This document shows positions 1-13,658 of a DNA stretch of 64,000 nucleotides, piece after piece. Numbering within the stretch: the first letter of the stretch is position 1; every line of letters begins with the position of its first letter. The DNA lies in the NCBI RefSeq assembly GCF_004010195.1, contig NC_057719.1, positions 51,188,608 to 51,252,607 on the forward strand, given 5' to 3'. The notes under the pieces are model-generated. The model searched no databases. It saw only the letters and a list, made by a program, of their open reading frames with translations, and was not told the origin of the DNA. Source of the DNA: Chiloscyllium plagiosum (Eukaryota). Position numbers and translations under genes: made by a program.

Positions 1-380
1 TAGTGTTTTCCCAGTCGAATTCATGTTGCTTGTCTTGGTAAGGATCCTTAGTAGCCACACAGGCAGCAACATGAATTCGACTGGGACAAAACTACCATTA
101 TCGGGCAAGCCAAACAAAGAACTGCCAGGGAATTCCTAGAAGCATGGCACTCATCCACAAACTCCATCAACAAACACATCGACCTGGACCCAATATACCG
201 GCCACTACAGCGGACAGCTGAAACTGACAACCGGAAGCGGCAGGGACAGGCCACTATAAATGCCGGAGGAAACACCACAGAAGCGCTTCACAGGAGGCTC
301 CCAAGCACTGAGGATGTCACCTAGACAGGGGACGAAACGTTTGCAACAAAAACTTCCAGCTTGGCGAACAGAACCACAGC
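1..380 (+). mobile_element. Penelope-like element (Poseidon-type) 3' fragment: GIY-YIG C-terminus plus pseudo-LTR, with an inverted copy running off the window start
   Basis: The + frame reads QHEFDWDKTTIIGQAKQRTAREFLEAWHSSTNSINKHIDLDPIY, typical of a PLE endonuclease C-terminus. Bases 1-30 are a near reverse complement of 65-93. An HHR motif lies at 305-344. Confidence 0.85.
305..344 (+). ncRNA. Minimal type I hammerhead ribozyme in a PLE pseudo-LTR
   Basis: GCA-CTGAGGA-T-[GTCACCT agac AGGGGAC]-GAAA-CGTT-TGC. The CUGANGA and GAAA cores are intact, helix II is 7 bp with one mismatch, helix III is the palindrome AACGTT and helix I is GCA/TGC. Confidence 0.75.
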
Positions 381-1110
381 ATATATTGTAAATAATCGCG
401 ACCCCAGCACTGATTCCTGTGGCACTCTGCTACTTACTGTTGTCATCTTGAAAATACCCCTTTTATCTCAACCCTACACTTTATATTAGTAAGCTAACCT
501 TCCATCCAAGCTAATATATTATTTCCAACACCATGGCTTATTGAATATTTTTTTGAATTCCAAATATATCTGAGCTATTAGTTCCCTTTTATCTGTTACC
601 TCCTTAAAATACTGCAATAACTGTCAGGCACGGGTTCCCTTTCACGAACTTGTGCCATCTCTGCTGGATTTTATTATGTATTTCTAAATGCTTTATTATT
701 ACTTACTTTGCAATGGGCTATAATATTTTCCCAATGACAGATGTTAAGCTATTTTGTCTATAATCACCCCTTTTTTTTGTTTTACTCCCTTTTTGAATTA
801 GGGAGTTATCTTGGCCATTTTCCAAATCTCTGGGACTTCTCCTGAATAAAGGATTCATGAAAGATTACTATCAGTGCATCCACTATCTCTGTAGCTATTT
901 CCTTTAATATCTTGGGATGCAATCAGCAAGCCCAGAGAACCTATTGGCCTTTAGTCCCATTAGGTCCAATAGTACTTTTCTTTAGTATTTTCTCCAAAAA
1001 TCCCTCTTACGCCCTATGATTATTTATTATATTTGGAATGCTATTCACATCCTCTCTCATGAAAACTAATGAAAAGTATTTATTCAACAGCTCTGCCACA
1101 TCCTGGTTCC
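381..1110 (-). mobile_element. Decayed CR1 LINE RT fragment
   Basis: The minus strand near 381-437 reads VSSRVPQESVLGSRLFTIY, matching the CR1 [15 protein letters not shown] motif. The rest is degenerate. Confidence 0.7.
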
Positions 1111-3848
1111 TTTTTTGGCTTTTTAAAAAATTTTTACTTTTTGACATACTGCCACTAATCCCAAAGTGTGCCAGATAATACAAATTCTTCTGTGTTTTAA
1201 AATTGGATGATGATATGTCACTATTTTTATAAAAAGGCTCAAGACATAAACAAAATTTACTTTGTTACTTTGTTCCTCAGTACACCATATTGTCAGCTAA
1301 TAGAGCACAAACATCTCATGTGGGCTCCCTGTGATGTGCCATCTGGAAAGTGAATAGAAATGAGAACTAAATATTTAAATTTTTATAATCTACATACTCC
1401 GCCAATCATTTGATCTCACTGGTGTGCTACATATCCTAGCAGTTTGAACTGGGCTCATGACTTTGTTTGTGAGCTTTCTTATTGGAGTAAAATAAATTAT
1501 GAGGATTATTGTTGTTTGTGACTCAATTAGTCTTTATTATGTAGATCTGTTGTTCTGGCAAGTGAAAAGCAGGAACAACTAATAAAATGCTAAGCTTAAC
1601 CATACTGAACTCTCAACCAGTTAGCACCATTAACATGTAATTGAAATTAATATTCAGCTTTTTTTTTGCAGTTTAAAACAATTCAAATTTTATAAAATGT
1701 GCCAATTTGATGTGAGATTGTGTTAACATTTGTTCATTGTGATGATAGATATTGCAATATATGAGCCATATGAATATCCAAATCAGCATGTAGGTTTGCA
1801 GTATATAGATTCACTATTCTGATTTAGTTTTTAAACATAGTATATAACCACATTTACATTACAGAGTTTGTGCCATAAAATGTAGTAAGATCTAGACTTA
1901 GGAGCAAACCTTCTAATGAAGTCCTTCTTACAGTTACAAATTCAACTATTTTGAGAATGGGTTTTATCCTAACGATACTGATAGTTTGCTGTTGTCTGAG
2001 TTTGGAAGGAAATTTTGCCTCCAGATAAGGGCCATGCTGTGGCAATTTTGGTTATTGCTTTGTGTCATGTAATTGTTGAGGGATGAGTTTATTCAGCAAT
2101 ACTATAAATATTATGAGCAGTAGCTTAATGTAAATTTGGAGTCTACTTTTTGCTTCTCTGTTTCAAGGTGAGGGTGTCATTTTTTTTCCCCTTATTTTAA
2201 CACATTGTACATCACGTGATGTCTATGGGGAAGCATAGCTTGGTCTTGGTCACTAAAGACCAAGCTCATTTCCTAGAATATAACTTAAAGAAAATACTTC
2301 TTATCTATATAAGGAGAAATGATTTTCTTTATTGGCAACATCCTATCTTAGAGAGTCTCTGTTGGTGACCAGAATTTAACACTTTATTCAAACTGTAGTC
2401 TGACCAAAGCAATGTAAAGTTTCATCACTTCCTTCTCTGATCAATTGTTATTGCTGAACCTTGGTTGCACATTTTAGCTCTCTTCCAATTGTATCTATAG
2501 CAAGTACCAGCAGAGGGTATGATGGACTGAATGGCTTCCTTCAGTGGTTCTCTGATTTGACACCAATCATGGAATGTGTATCATCTATGTTTTCTTTCCT
2601 GACTGTGGCATTTTACATTTACTTGCATTAATGTTATTTGCCACTATCTATTCACTTACATTTTGAAATCACCTATTGCAATTTCATTGGCCTCCGAGCT
2701 TGGCTCCATCTGAACATTTGACCACTTTGCAACGAATTTCTAAGTCCAGTTCTGATGACAAAATGTGTATTAGAATTTGAACTTGCTAGATATCACCTAT
2801 GGGCAAATCTGATGTTTCTTTCCCCCTTCTGTTTGACACTGTGCGCAAAAAATAATTATAATGACTGGACAACAGGAGTTTTGCATCTCTTTTTAAAATG
2901 TTTTCTGGTATTATAAAGGAAGGATAATGGATGTAATGAGTTAACTTCTAAGGCTATACGTAATTGTGTGATCAGTTTGAACCGTTATACTTGTCTATTA
3001 GATTTTGCTCATTGTGTAAGCTTGTTTCACTTCATGCACAATGATGGGTTGATTTATTAATTGATTAATCCATCTGAGGTAGCTGCAGTTCATGATTCCA
3101 AACATCTTGTTAAAAGTGGTTGCATAGTTCCTTGATCATTGTGACATTAAGTTATTTGAAGTGATATTCTGTTCAACTTCTACAGCAGGCCATGCATCAA
3201 AAGAATTGTTCCTCAATCTGGGATTAGTTCTTCATTTTTACATACAGAAGAGTTCACATGTTGACAAAAGTTGCATTGCAGCAGCTTGTAGACAAATCAG
3301 GGCTCTTTGTTATAATGGCTGTGCTCACATTTATCGAGATAGTGGGCTAAGAAATATGCAATCTACACACTTAAAGTAATAAACTGAATGGAGAGGCCAA
3401 AAATTGAATGGGTACATTGTGCATCTCGCTCTGTCCAAGTAACTTAAAGGGAAGAATGCAATCCTGGGTGGGTGCATCAGGAGTCAAGTCTTAAGAGAGT
3501 TAATGCATTAGAGCTTCTCTTGACCCCATAATTGTTAACAATGATTTGGAGCTTCTTTTGTGCAGATATTGGTATTAAAATTATTTTGGGATTCCAATGA
3601 TGTGTTCAGACCCAGTTTGCAAGAATTACAGAGCATCCTTTCTGATTCTGGCAGGCCTTAACCCAAATGGCAGACCTTGATGTTGACAGCGGTAGAATGA
3701 TAACAGCTTCAATCCTATCTTTGCTAATGTTTAGTTCCCATCTAGCAGAGGGGATAAAACTCAGCCTCAACTTTTCAGTCCCTTGTAGCTGTTGAGAATG
3801 ATGAGTATGAAGTCCATCCAATCTTAGTCCAGGGAGAAACTAAAATGA

Positions 3849-5052
3849 GTGCTGTGGTTGGAGGGAATCCTGAGGGACAGGATGTACATATATTTGGGAA
3901 GACAAGGACTGATTAGGGATAGTCACCATGGCTTTGTGCGTGGGAAATCATGTCTAACAAACTTGATTGAATTTTTTGAAGAAGTAACAAAGAGGATTGA
4001 TGAGGGCAGAGTGGTAGATGTGATCCATATGGGCTTCAGTAATGCGTTCGACAAGATTCCCCATGGGAGACGGATTAGCAAGGTTAGATCTCATGGCATA
4101 CAGAGAATGATTTGGATGTCAGCATAAGAGGTATAGTTAGTAAGTTTGCAGATGATACCAAAATTGGAGGTGTCGTGGACAGTGCAGAAGGTTACCTCAG
4201 ATTACAACAGGATCTTGACCAGATGGGCAAATGGACTGAGAAATGGCAGATGAAGTTTAATTCAGATAAATGCAAGATGCTGCATTTTGGGAAAGCAAAT
4301 CTTGGCAGGACTTATGCACTTAATGGTAAGATCCTAGAGAGTGTTGCTGAACAAAGAGACCTTGGAGTGCAGATTCATAGCTCCTTGAAAGTGGAGTCGC
4401 AGGTAGATAGGATAGTGAAGAAGGCATTTGGTATGCTTTCTTTTATTGGTCTGAGTATTGAGTACAGGAGTTAGGAGGTCATATTGCAGCTGTACAGGAC
4501 ATTGGTTAGGCCACTGTTGGAATATTGTGTGCAATTCTCCTTCCTATCAGAAAGATATTGTGAAACTTGAAAGGGTTCAGAAAAGATTTACAAGGATGTT
4601 GCCAGGGTTGGAGGATTTGAGCTATAGGGAGAGGCTGAACAGGCTGGGACTGTTTTCCCTGGAGCATCGGAGTTTCAGGGTGACCTTATCCACCCTGACT
4701 GGCATGGATAGGGTAAATAAACAAAATATTTTCCCTGGGGTCGGGGAGTCCAGAACCAGACGGCATAGGTTTAGGGTGAGAGGGGAAAGATATAAAAGAG
4801 ACCTAAGGGGCAACTTTTTCATGCAGAGGGTGGTACGTGTATGGAATGAGCTGCCAGAGGAAGTGGTGGAGGCTGGTACAATTGAAAACATTTAAAAGGC
4901 ATTGGATGGGTGTATGAATAGGAAGGGTTTGGAGGGATATGGGCCGGGTGCTGGCAGGTGGGATTAGATTGGGTTGGGATATCTGGTTGGCATGGACGGG
5001 TTGGACCAAAGGGTCTATTTCCATGCTGTACAACTCTATGACTATGACTCTA
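3849..5052 (+). mobile_element. 5'-truncated CR1 LINE (RT and 3' tail), frameshifted
   Basis: ORFs contain HGFVRGKSCLTNLIEFFEEVT, AFDKIPH, SKFADDTKIGG and LERVQKRFTRMLPGL. There is an internal deletion near 4103 and a ctctatgactatgactctat tail. Confidence 0.95.
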
Positions 5053-6734
5053 TATGAATCATCAACATTATCCTGCTGTTTATTTCAACGTAATATTGAT
5101 TTAGTAATATTCCATATTAATTTAGTTGATCTCTAACTACTATATGAGTATTATGGTTTTATGATGACATCAACTATTTGAAAAAAAAATTCTATATTAA
5201 AGTTCTTGTTCCTTTAAATTGACATTTAATGATTGCTATTCCTCAACCTATTCACAAGCCTCTGCTATGTTGTGATTCAGCGACTAACCAAACGTTGTAT
5301 AACAATATTTCAGTACAAATTACTCCATGATTTAAAGCTTGTTCCTCTTTGGAAACATTTAACCAGAGTTTTGTCCATATGGTGAAGCACAATTGTGGTT
5401 CAGTGTACCTTTTTTGTGTTATTGTTTCTTATTTATCTATATTCTGTGCATTGTAATACCAGCGCAGCTTAATGTTTGTTTGTATCTCTGCTTCTGTGTA
5501 GATTGTATGCGGTTTTATGCATGATGAAATATTAAACTTGTTAACTGTAACATATAATGAGACCTTTCATGCCACTAAGTTAATCAACTGACTGGATCAG
5601 TCATATGTGAGAAAGTAGACTCAATCATCCAACTTAATCTAATGCATATGAATGTAATTTTGACTTGAGTCATTTTTAAATCAATTTAATCCAAATCATA
5701 TAAAGACTGGAACTGAAACAAATTGTTTAGCCAGCTGTTCGGAACTATCTTAACAAAGGATTAATTTCCAAACTCTTAAAGATGTGACACCAGTTGATCT
5801 TTAAAAAAATTACACAGTGGATGAAAATGTGTAATTGTATGGCTGAGTGAATCATGGTTCAGCCATTTTGCTCGGCTCAACTGCATTTGCAGAGTTACAC
5901 TATTGGCATTGACTATCTTCTTTCTGCTTGATGCTGCTGTACTACACATGAATTCCATTGCAAATGGGAAAAAGGAGCTTTCCAACAGACACAAAACAAT
6001 GATTATTGGGACAGCTGTGATAATGTAATGTTGTTTTTCAACAGCTGCTTTTTATTTTTGCTCAAGAATTAAGAAACATTTTGGCTCAAATCCTACTTAC
6101 CATGTAGTGCTGCAACTGTAAAGCAAGATTATATGAGATAACATTCATTTTGGGATTAATTTTCCTCATTTACAAGAACTGTCTTTTAGCAGTTTTTATT
6201 CTCAGATCAGTCAACAAACATTTTCCACATAATCACTTTTTCCTTCCATTTCATTTTTCTTCCTTGCATAAACTAAATCTTTGCATGAGGCCTGTCATTC
6301 TCTGTCCCATAAGACATGTGGTTCAATTAATCTAGTCTAGCATCTTCCAATGTAGTTTACAAACTGGACATTCACAGTTCTACAAGATGTATTCCAGCAT
6401 GACTTAAATCAGAAAATTATTGTACTGGAGAGATACTAATCTTGACTATATGACTGGGGGAGATCAATTCAATCCATATCTTGCCACTTTACAATGCATA
6501 AATATGTACAAGTGATTTTGTTTTTGAAAAATTCTCTGGGAAAGAATTGTCTATGGTGAAATCTACTCTGCAAATTTTGACTTATATATAATATTCTTCT
6601 AAATTCCTTAAAGTGAAGATACTGAGCAACAGAATCTTCTCTTTCATTAAATTATCATGCAACTATTTCAATGACAACAAAATCAACTAGTCATTTAGGA
6701 CTGAGAGTGTAACTGACTTTATTATAATAATAAA

Positions 6735-6850
6735 ACAAAACAAAAAGCAAAGTGTTGCAGATTCTGGAAAGTTAAAATAAAAACAGAAAATACAGGAACC
6801 ATTCAACTGGACAGGTAGGACTTGCGGAGAGAAAAATTGATAATTCAGTT
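6735..6850 (-). mobile_element. Highly degenerate PLE pseudo-LTR tail
   Basis: Resembles the tails at 19621-19700 and 43220-43300 (gttgcagattctggaaa...aaaaacagaaaatacagga). Confidence 0.4.
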
Positions 6851-7659
6851 TCTCTCAGAGTTAGAGAGGGATACTGGGAGTCAGAAAATTTAAATTAAAG
6901 CATATTTCTCGAGATATAATTATTGGAATATTGGAGACACATTGGAGGGCATAACACTTCTTGAAGGGGGCATCAGTGCACTCTTTGAAGTGGCTTTTTC
7001 TGCATTGATCCTCAGTTTCACCGAGATCTTACATGTGGTTTCAAGTAATTGTTAGCATGCAACAGTCCTAGTAAACATAGTTTGATCCTTAGAAACTTCA
7101 GGATTCATCTATGTTGGCATGTATAGATTGATTCTAGTGGACTGGGGAGATCTAATGTCCAATGATCTTCGAGGTGAGCCAGGCTGTGTTGTGCAGCATG
7201 CAGAGCTCAAGGATGCAGAAAATGTCTGAATCACCCACTACATCTAGATTCAGCTCCAGCCTCTAGTCTCCAGACCAAGCTAGGGCATGACAAAACAGAA
7301 AGGCTTACAATGTGCAACACTCCCTTATCATAATCCAATTCGTATGTCCATCATGTTCATCCAATTTCTATCATCTGTCACCCATCATCTATCTGTCACA
7401 AGTACTGTGGTGATGGGGGTGTGGTGTAGCAGAGATATGGATTTACCAGGAGCTGGAGCTGTGAACCTGCGCACAGGCAGCTCAGGGCATGGGGTTATTT
7501 TTCTCTGGAAAGAAGCAGAATTGGAACTCAGCTGCCCAATGAATGACCAATCAGTCCTTTTCAAGGCCACATTTTTCATCTTTCTGGAATGAGGAAGCAA
7601 CTAGAAAGGATACCCTAACATTGTTTGCTTCACCTCCTCAGCCAATAGACTGCAGGTGA

Positions 7660-8715
7660 TAGGAATTCTTTCTCAGGACCACATCTCAGCCGACTGGACT
7701 GAGAGAAGAACTAGTCTGGTCAGCAGAGAGCTGGATCCAATGAGCTAACTACAAGGCCCAGATCACTGCTCTCAATGAGATGCATCTACCTGAGGACAGG
7801 CATCTCAAGTAAATTGGTGCGGGTTACACTTCTTTTGGAGTGGATCTGGAATAGAAGAATAGTGCAAAGCTGCTGTCAGCCTTTGCTGTAATGAACCAAC
7901 TCATGTTTAATTACCTTCCCAAGATAGTGTTAATGGTGGTGCTTAAACTTGCCCTGCATGGCAACCGTTAAGTAACTCTACACACAGTGTGTGTATGTCT
8001 CTGCCATGACCAAACCTGATGAAGTCAAGAATAAATTCAATGATGACATCTACTCATTCATTGCTACTCTGCTTAAATCAGACAAACTAATCATTCTTGG
8101 TCCCTCAAAGCAAGGGGTGGTACTGATTTCCAGGTGTGCAGGATTGGCAGTTGTAACAGCAATGGTGTCCTCTTGCTGAAGATGTTTGCTCAGCTTGAAC
8201 CCTTAATCACCAATAATTTTCTGCCTCTCTAATGTTCTGATCCAGTCACAGTCACTAATGGAGTTAAAAAGGGCTGCATACTAGCATGAACCTTCTCCAT
8301 CCATGTTATTCTCTGCCATACTCTTCAATTCCTTCCACAATAGTGATATAGTGATCCCGACATTGTAATCATATATTGCGTGGATGGGAAGGTGTTCAAT
8401 CAGAGACAGCACCAGTATAGACTAAGGTCTCGAATTAGTTCACAGTTTCCTGTTTGCTGATTACTGTTCACTAGTTCCTGATTTAGAGTGGAACATGCAA
8501 TGTATTATCGACTTGTTCTCCAATGAATATGACAACTTCAATCTTAACATCAGCATAAAGAAAACTGAAGTAATGCACCAACCTATTCCAGAACATATTT
8601 TCTCAAGACAAGGTTTCTGTCCATAACCAACTTCAATCAGCAGCGGAGAAATTCATTAATCTTTGTCAGTGTTAAAAAGCAATATGCAAGAATTTCCAAA
8701 GATAATGTAAGCTTC
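7660..8715 (+). mobile_element. Decayed RTE-clade (BovB-like) LINE with an internal deletion
   Basis: Endonuclease remnants: ERRTSLVSREL, ITALNEMHLPEDRHLK*IGAGYT and AMTKPDEVKNKFNDDI. RT remnants: VTNGVKKGCILA and FLFADYC. Confidence 0.8.
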
Positions 8716-8729
8716 AACATCTCAGGAAT

Positions 8730-9420
8730 AGTACTGAAGACTTGTGCTCCAGGACTTTCTGTGCCCCTAGCCAAGCTGTGCCAGTACAGCTCCAACATTG
8801 GCATCTATCCAACCATGTAGAAAGTTGCCCAGCTATGTTGTGTACTCTAAAAAGGAATTCAACTGGCCAATTAATACCTTATCAATCTACTCTCAAACAT
8901 CAGTAAAGTGATGGAGGGCTTCATCAACAGTGCTATCAAACAGCATTTATTTTGCAATAACCTGCACTTTGATGCCACTCAGTTCCTCGCTTCATCACAG
9001 CTTTAGTTCAAGTATGAAAAAGAACTTGAATTCTAGAGGTGAGGTGCCTCCAACAAGAGGAATAACCATAACCTCTTGACATTCAATGGCATTACCCTCA
9101 CTGCATCCCCCCCATTTATGGTTTATTATTGACCAGAAACTGAAATGGATGAGCCATATAAATACTGTGGCTACAAAAGCAGGTCAGATAGATGCAAGTA
9201 AATCAATTTCTTGACTCACCAAAGCTTATCTACCATGTACAGAATGAAAATTAGGAGCATGATCGAATATACCTCACTTGCATGGATGAGTGCAGCTCCA
9301 ATAACATTCAAGCAGCTTGACACCATCCAGGAGAAAGTAGCCCACTTGATTGGCAGCACATCCAAAACATTTACTCTTTTTCCCACCGATTCTCAATAGC
9401 AGCAGCTTGTACTCCAGTGA
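8730..9420 (+). mobile_element. Old CR1/L2-group LINE fragment (same family as 44340-45870)
   Basis: Reads LKTCAPGLSVPLAKL, LLSNISKVMEG and LSTMYRMKIRSMIEYTSLAWMSAAPITFKQLDTIQEK. An opposite-strand piece of the same family follows at about 9497-9725. Confidence 0.75.
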
Positions 9421-11226
9421 TAGCCATATATAATGTGAACATTGATGGAATAGAAACTTTTTCTGTTGATGAACTCAACAAGTTGCTGATAGGTGCTCAC
9501 AAATCAACATTAGTGCAGTCCATGTTGCCCTGCACACAATGGAAGCTAGAGATGGTGGAGAATCCCACTTCCTGAGCTGATTGACTCTCATCCTGGGGGA
9601 AGGATGATTGTGTGATAAGGCAAGTATTGAAGGACTGAAGCAATGTGAGATTTGGACTGAGAGCAGCCATGCTGATATGGTGATGCCAACAGTTTGCTGC
9701 TGCTGACTTGTATGGATGACTACTCAAGAAAGTAAGAGACAGAAAACAGGGAGTTACAGGCCAGTTAACTGATACCTGTTATAGGGAACGTACTGGAATA
9801 TTTCATTAATGAGTAATTAGCTAGGCAAATTAAATACTTTTACTGCTGTACTTTAAGAAACCACTCGAACTAAGTTGTGCACATAAAGGTGCAAAAATCT
9901 GTAGAACCTAAACAACTAATCAGTATAGTTTTGTAATGCTGATTTAGAGTGATCCATTAGCTTGGTCTTAAGGAAAGGTCTTCTGCACTTTCAATGATAT
10001 TACAGTATCTTTCATGTTCTCCTGTGAAGCCACGTAGACCTCGACTTGGGCTTAAATCGCAGACCAACTGGGGTTCAAAATATTGCTCGATAGCCATGTA
10101 AAATAGACAAGCTGGTATAAATGGTGTGATTAGCATGCAACCTGATTTTCTATTTCTGTTAAACCCAGTGCACCCAAGAGTTTCTGATTTGTTCTTGCCT
10201 GTTTATCATGAATATTTGAGGTGACACAGAGGAGAGTTTTACCATTAAGCCAAGTCTGATACTTTTGAATCTTATGAAAGACTGTTTATTTAATGTATCA
10301 TTCATTAACAGTTCAATTTTGTGTATATCTTAAAGACAATTTTTATCACTATGATCCAAAGCAATTTCCAAATTACCACTTCGCTGAATATAACATTTAG
10401 TGTAACTTGGAACCTAAGCCCACAGTGGAGTAAAATGAAATACTGAGTGGTTCTTGTTGCTTAGAGCTAACCTTGGAATGATTAACTGGAACAGACAATG
10501 AGATTACCATCTGCAATACCCACTGTTCCTGCTGTGGAGAAAGAATGATTATTTTTCCTGGACTGGACGCTTGATATAAGCACTCTCCAGAGGTGGAGGG
10601 TCTATAAATCCATGACTGCTCACAACATATAGTGCTGCATTTGCAAAGCAATTACATCTTATGAATAACCTCATGGAAGCGCCGGTGTACAAAAAGTAAA
10701 GTGAAGGAATCTAATCATTCCAAAAACAGAAAAAAAAGGCGGGCTGCAAAATATGATGTCATCCATGTTATTCTCATTTCATTATACTCATTAAATATCT
10801 GTAATTTTAAAAAGAATATAACATAATAATAGGAGCTAAATCTGATAGCTCTCAAAAACAAGAGACTATAGATTTTCTTGTTGAAGATCAAATAGGAGAA
10901 TTACTCCCTGAATACCCTGGACAGACATGCCCTTGTTCTGAGCACTGTTCCCTACATCCTCTTCCTCCTCACTCTTCTGGCAATTTGATCTGCTCTGCAT
11001 GGCACCTGCTCATTCCACCTGGCATGCTATTCTCCAGGAGGAACATCTTAAGTTTGCACCTGGGCAAAAAACTTGAAGGATCAAGTCCTGCAGTACCTGT
11101 CACTCCACTTACTACAGACATTAACACTGCTCAGAATCAGTTTAATTAGGCTCCCAAATGAAAATGTTGGAATTAATTGCCGTATAATTTTCCTACTGTC
11201 CAAAGCATGGACTGCATTTGCTAATT

Positions 11227-11318
11227 CCTGATGAAGATCTTATGCTCGAAACATCTACTCTCTTGCTCCTCGGATGTTGCCTGACTGGCTATGCTTTTCC
11301 AACACCACACTCTTCGAC
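11227..11318 (+). mobile_element. 92-bp PLE-derived mini-insertion (HHR plus tail) with 17-bp TSD
   Basis: Begins cCTGATGAaGATCttatGCTCGAAAcatc. Flanked by gactgcat(t/g)tgctaatt at 11210-11226 and 11319-11335. The tail matches 48290-48335. Confidence 0.8.
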
Positions 11319-11988
11319 GACTGCATGTGCTAATTGTATGTGCTAATGGCTTCTGGTACAACTTGCACCAGGATTGTGTGAGTATGCCTTGGATGCCATT
11401 TTGAGTGTCCAAAGTCACTTTTTAATGCCGAAATGAAATAGGTATGGTGCATCCAAATTATAACCAGATAGATGTTCACCTTTCTAATATTGTTGAGTGC
11501 TGAAGGTTTTATTCTCCAAACGCCATGTAATACAGTGTAAATAATTACAGCATCAGATACATTACATGGTAGATCATCTTGAACATTGAAATCTCCAACT
11601 AGAATTGATCAATTTAATTGTATTTGTAATGAATAAAACATAGAGCTAAAATATACTTAACTCTGATTATTAAGCATCCATTATTGTTTTGAAAAATGCA
11701 TGCAGTCACTTGGTGATACATCTATGGAAAGCACCACAAACTGTGAAATTGTGAACAGTGAACATATTTTCTAATGGGAATCAATTGGATATGTTTCAAC
11801 CATCCAAACATTTGGTATCTACAGCAGTGAGTACAGGTAAAAATGCAATGGAATTAATGGGAAACAATGTTTTTATTAAATAAAAAGAGACTTTCTACTG
11901 GAGAAATAATGGAATATGCTCATCTACAACATTTGCAACTCTGTACACTATTTAAAGGCTCTGCAGCAGAAGGATTGAAGGTGAAGTT

Positions 11989-13165
11989 ATAGAGTCATAG
12001 ATTCATAGAGATGTACAGCACAGAAACAGACCCCTCTGTCCAACCCATCCATGCCGACCAGATATCCTAACCTAATCTAGTCCCATTTGCAGCACTTGGC
12101 CCATATCCCTCCAAACCCTTCCTATTCATATACCCATCTGGATGCCTTTTAAATGTGGCAATTGTACCAGCCTCCACCGCTTTCTCTGGCAGCTCATTCC
12201 ATACATGCACCACCCTCTGTGTGAAAAAGTTGCCCTTTTATATCTTTCCCCTCTCACTCTAAACCTATGCCCTCTAGTTCTGGACTCCCCACCCTACTGA
12301 AAAGACATTGTCTATTTATCCTATCTATGCCCCTCAAGATTTTATAAACCTCTATGAGGTCACCCCTCAGCCTTCAACACTCCAGTTAAAACAACCCCAG
12401 CCTATTCAGTCTCTCCCTTTAGCTCAAATCCTCCAACCCTGGCAACATCCTTGTAAATCTATTTTGAACCCTTTCAAGTTTCACAACATCCTTCCTATAG
12501 GAAGGAGACCAGAAATGCATGCAATATTCTAAATGTGGCCTAACCAATATCCTGTACAGCCGCAACATGATCTCCCAACTCCTAGACTTAGTGCTCTGAC
12601 CAATAAAGGAAAGCATACCAAACGCTTTCTTCACTATCCTATCTACCTGCAACTCGATTTTCAAGGAACTATGAACTGGCATTCCAAGGTCTCTTTGTTC
12701 AGCAACATTCCCTAGGACCTTACCATAAGTCCTGCTAAGATTTGCTGTTCCAAAATGCAGCACCTTGCATTTATCTAAATTAAACTCCATCTGCCACTCC
12801 TCAGCCCACTGGCCCATCTGAAGAAGATCCCATTGTAATCTGGGGTAACATTCTTCGTTGTTCACCATACCTCCAATTTTGGTGCCTTCTGCAAACTTAC
12901 TAAGTATATCTCCTATGTTCATATCCAAATAATTTAAATAAATGATGAAAAGTAGTTGACACAGTACCGACCCTTGTGACACTCCAATGGTCACAGGCCT
13001 CCAGTCTGAAACGCAGCTCTCCACCACCACCCTCTGTCTTTTACCTTCGAGCCAGTCCTGTATCAAAATGGCTAGTTCTCCTTGTATTCCATAAGATTCA
13101 ACCTTGCAAACCAGTCTTCCAATGGGAACCTTGTCGAATGCCTTACTGAAGTCCATATAGATCAC
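11989..13165 (-). mobile_element. 5'-truncated CR1 LINE
   Basis: The 256-aa ORF contains YMDFSKAFDKVP, GVSQGSVL, SKFAEGTKIGG and VRPHLEYCMHFWSP. The 3' tail (catagagt-like on +) lies at about 11990-12010. Confidence 0.95.
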
Positions 13166-13183
13166 AAAGTTGCTTGGGATAGA

Positions 13184-13658
13184 TCGCAAACATTTTATTA
13201 ACCGGCACCAATGGGACTAGGAGTCTGCTAAATGATCAAGTATTCCGGATACTCAAGAGGTCCGCATAATCAAGTAATAGAAATATAATGCAGGGGGTAT
13301 ATGTATTACTGCTTTTTTTTACAGCATAAAACACTTACATAATAAGGCAACTTTGCCTTAAATAAATGTATTGGCACAGAAGCTTCGCACTCACAACGTC
13401 AACTGACTACTCAGACATTGCAATAGATCGTGGCATTTGAGGAGAAATTGGCTTGAAATTAAATCATCTGTTGCTATTTCGTGTGGTCATTCAATTGCAC
13501 AATAATTATATTTACATTGAAATAAACAAATTTTTAAAAATTTGGAGTAATGGGAGAGAATCATATAGTAAACTTCATTGCATTTGAGGTATTTAATTTT
13601 TGCCATTTAATCACAAGTGCCGGTTAACAAGGTGCCAGTTAAAACAAAGTTTGCTGTA
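13184..13658. mobile_element. Tigger/pogo-like MITE
   Basis: Imperfect TIRs: gcaaacattttattaaccggcacc (13186-13209) and ggtgccagttaaaacaaagtttgctg (13631-13656), followed by TA. A sub-terminal repeat gtgccggttaa is at 13617-13627. Confidence 0.6.

Noticed and set aside
3075..3130. Seed-like matches to let-7 (tgaggtag) and miR-153 (ttgcatagt)
   Set aside because: The matches stop after 8-9 nt and no precursor hairpin is evident.
12419..13189. 256-aa RT ORF as a functional gene, retron or defence RT
   Set aside because: It is a truncated CR1 ORF2 with the catalytic FADD mutated to FAEG.
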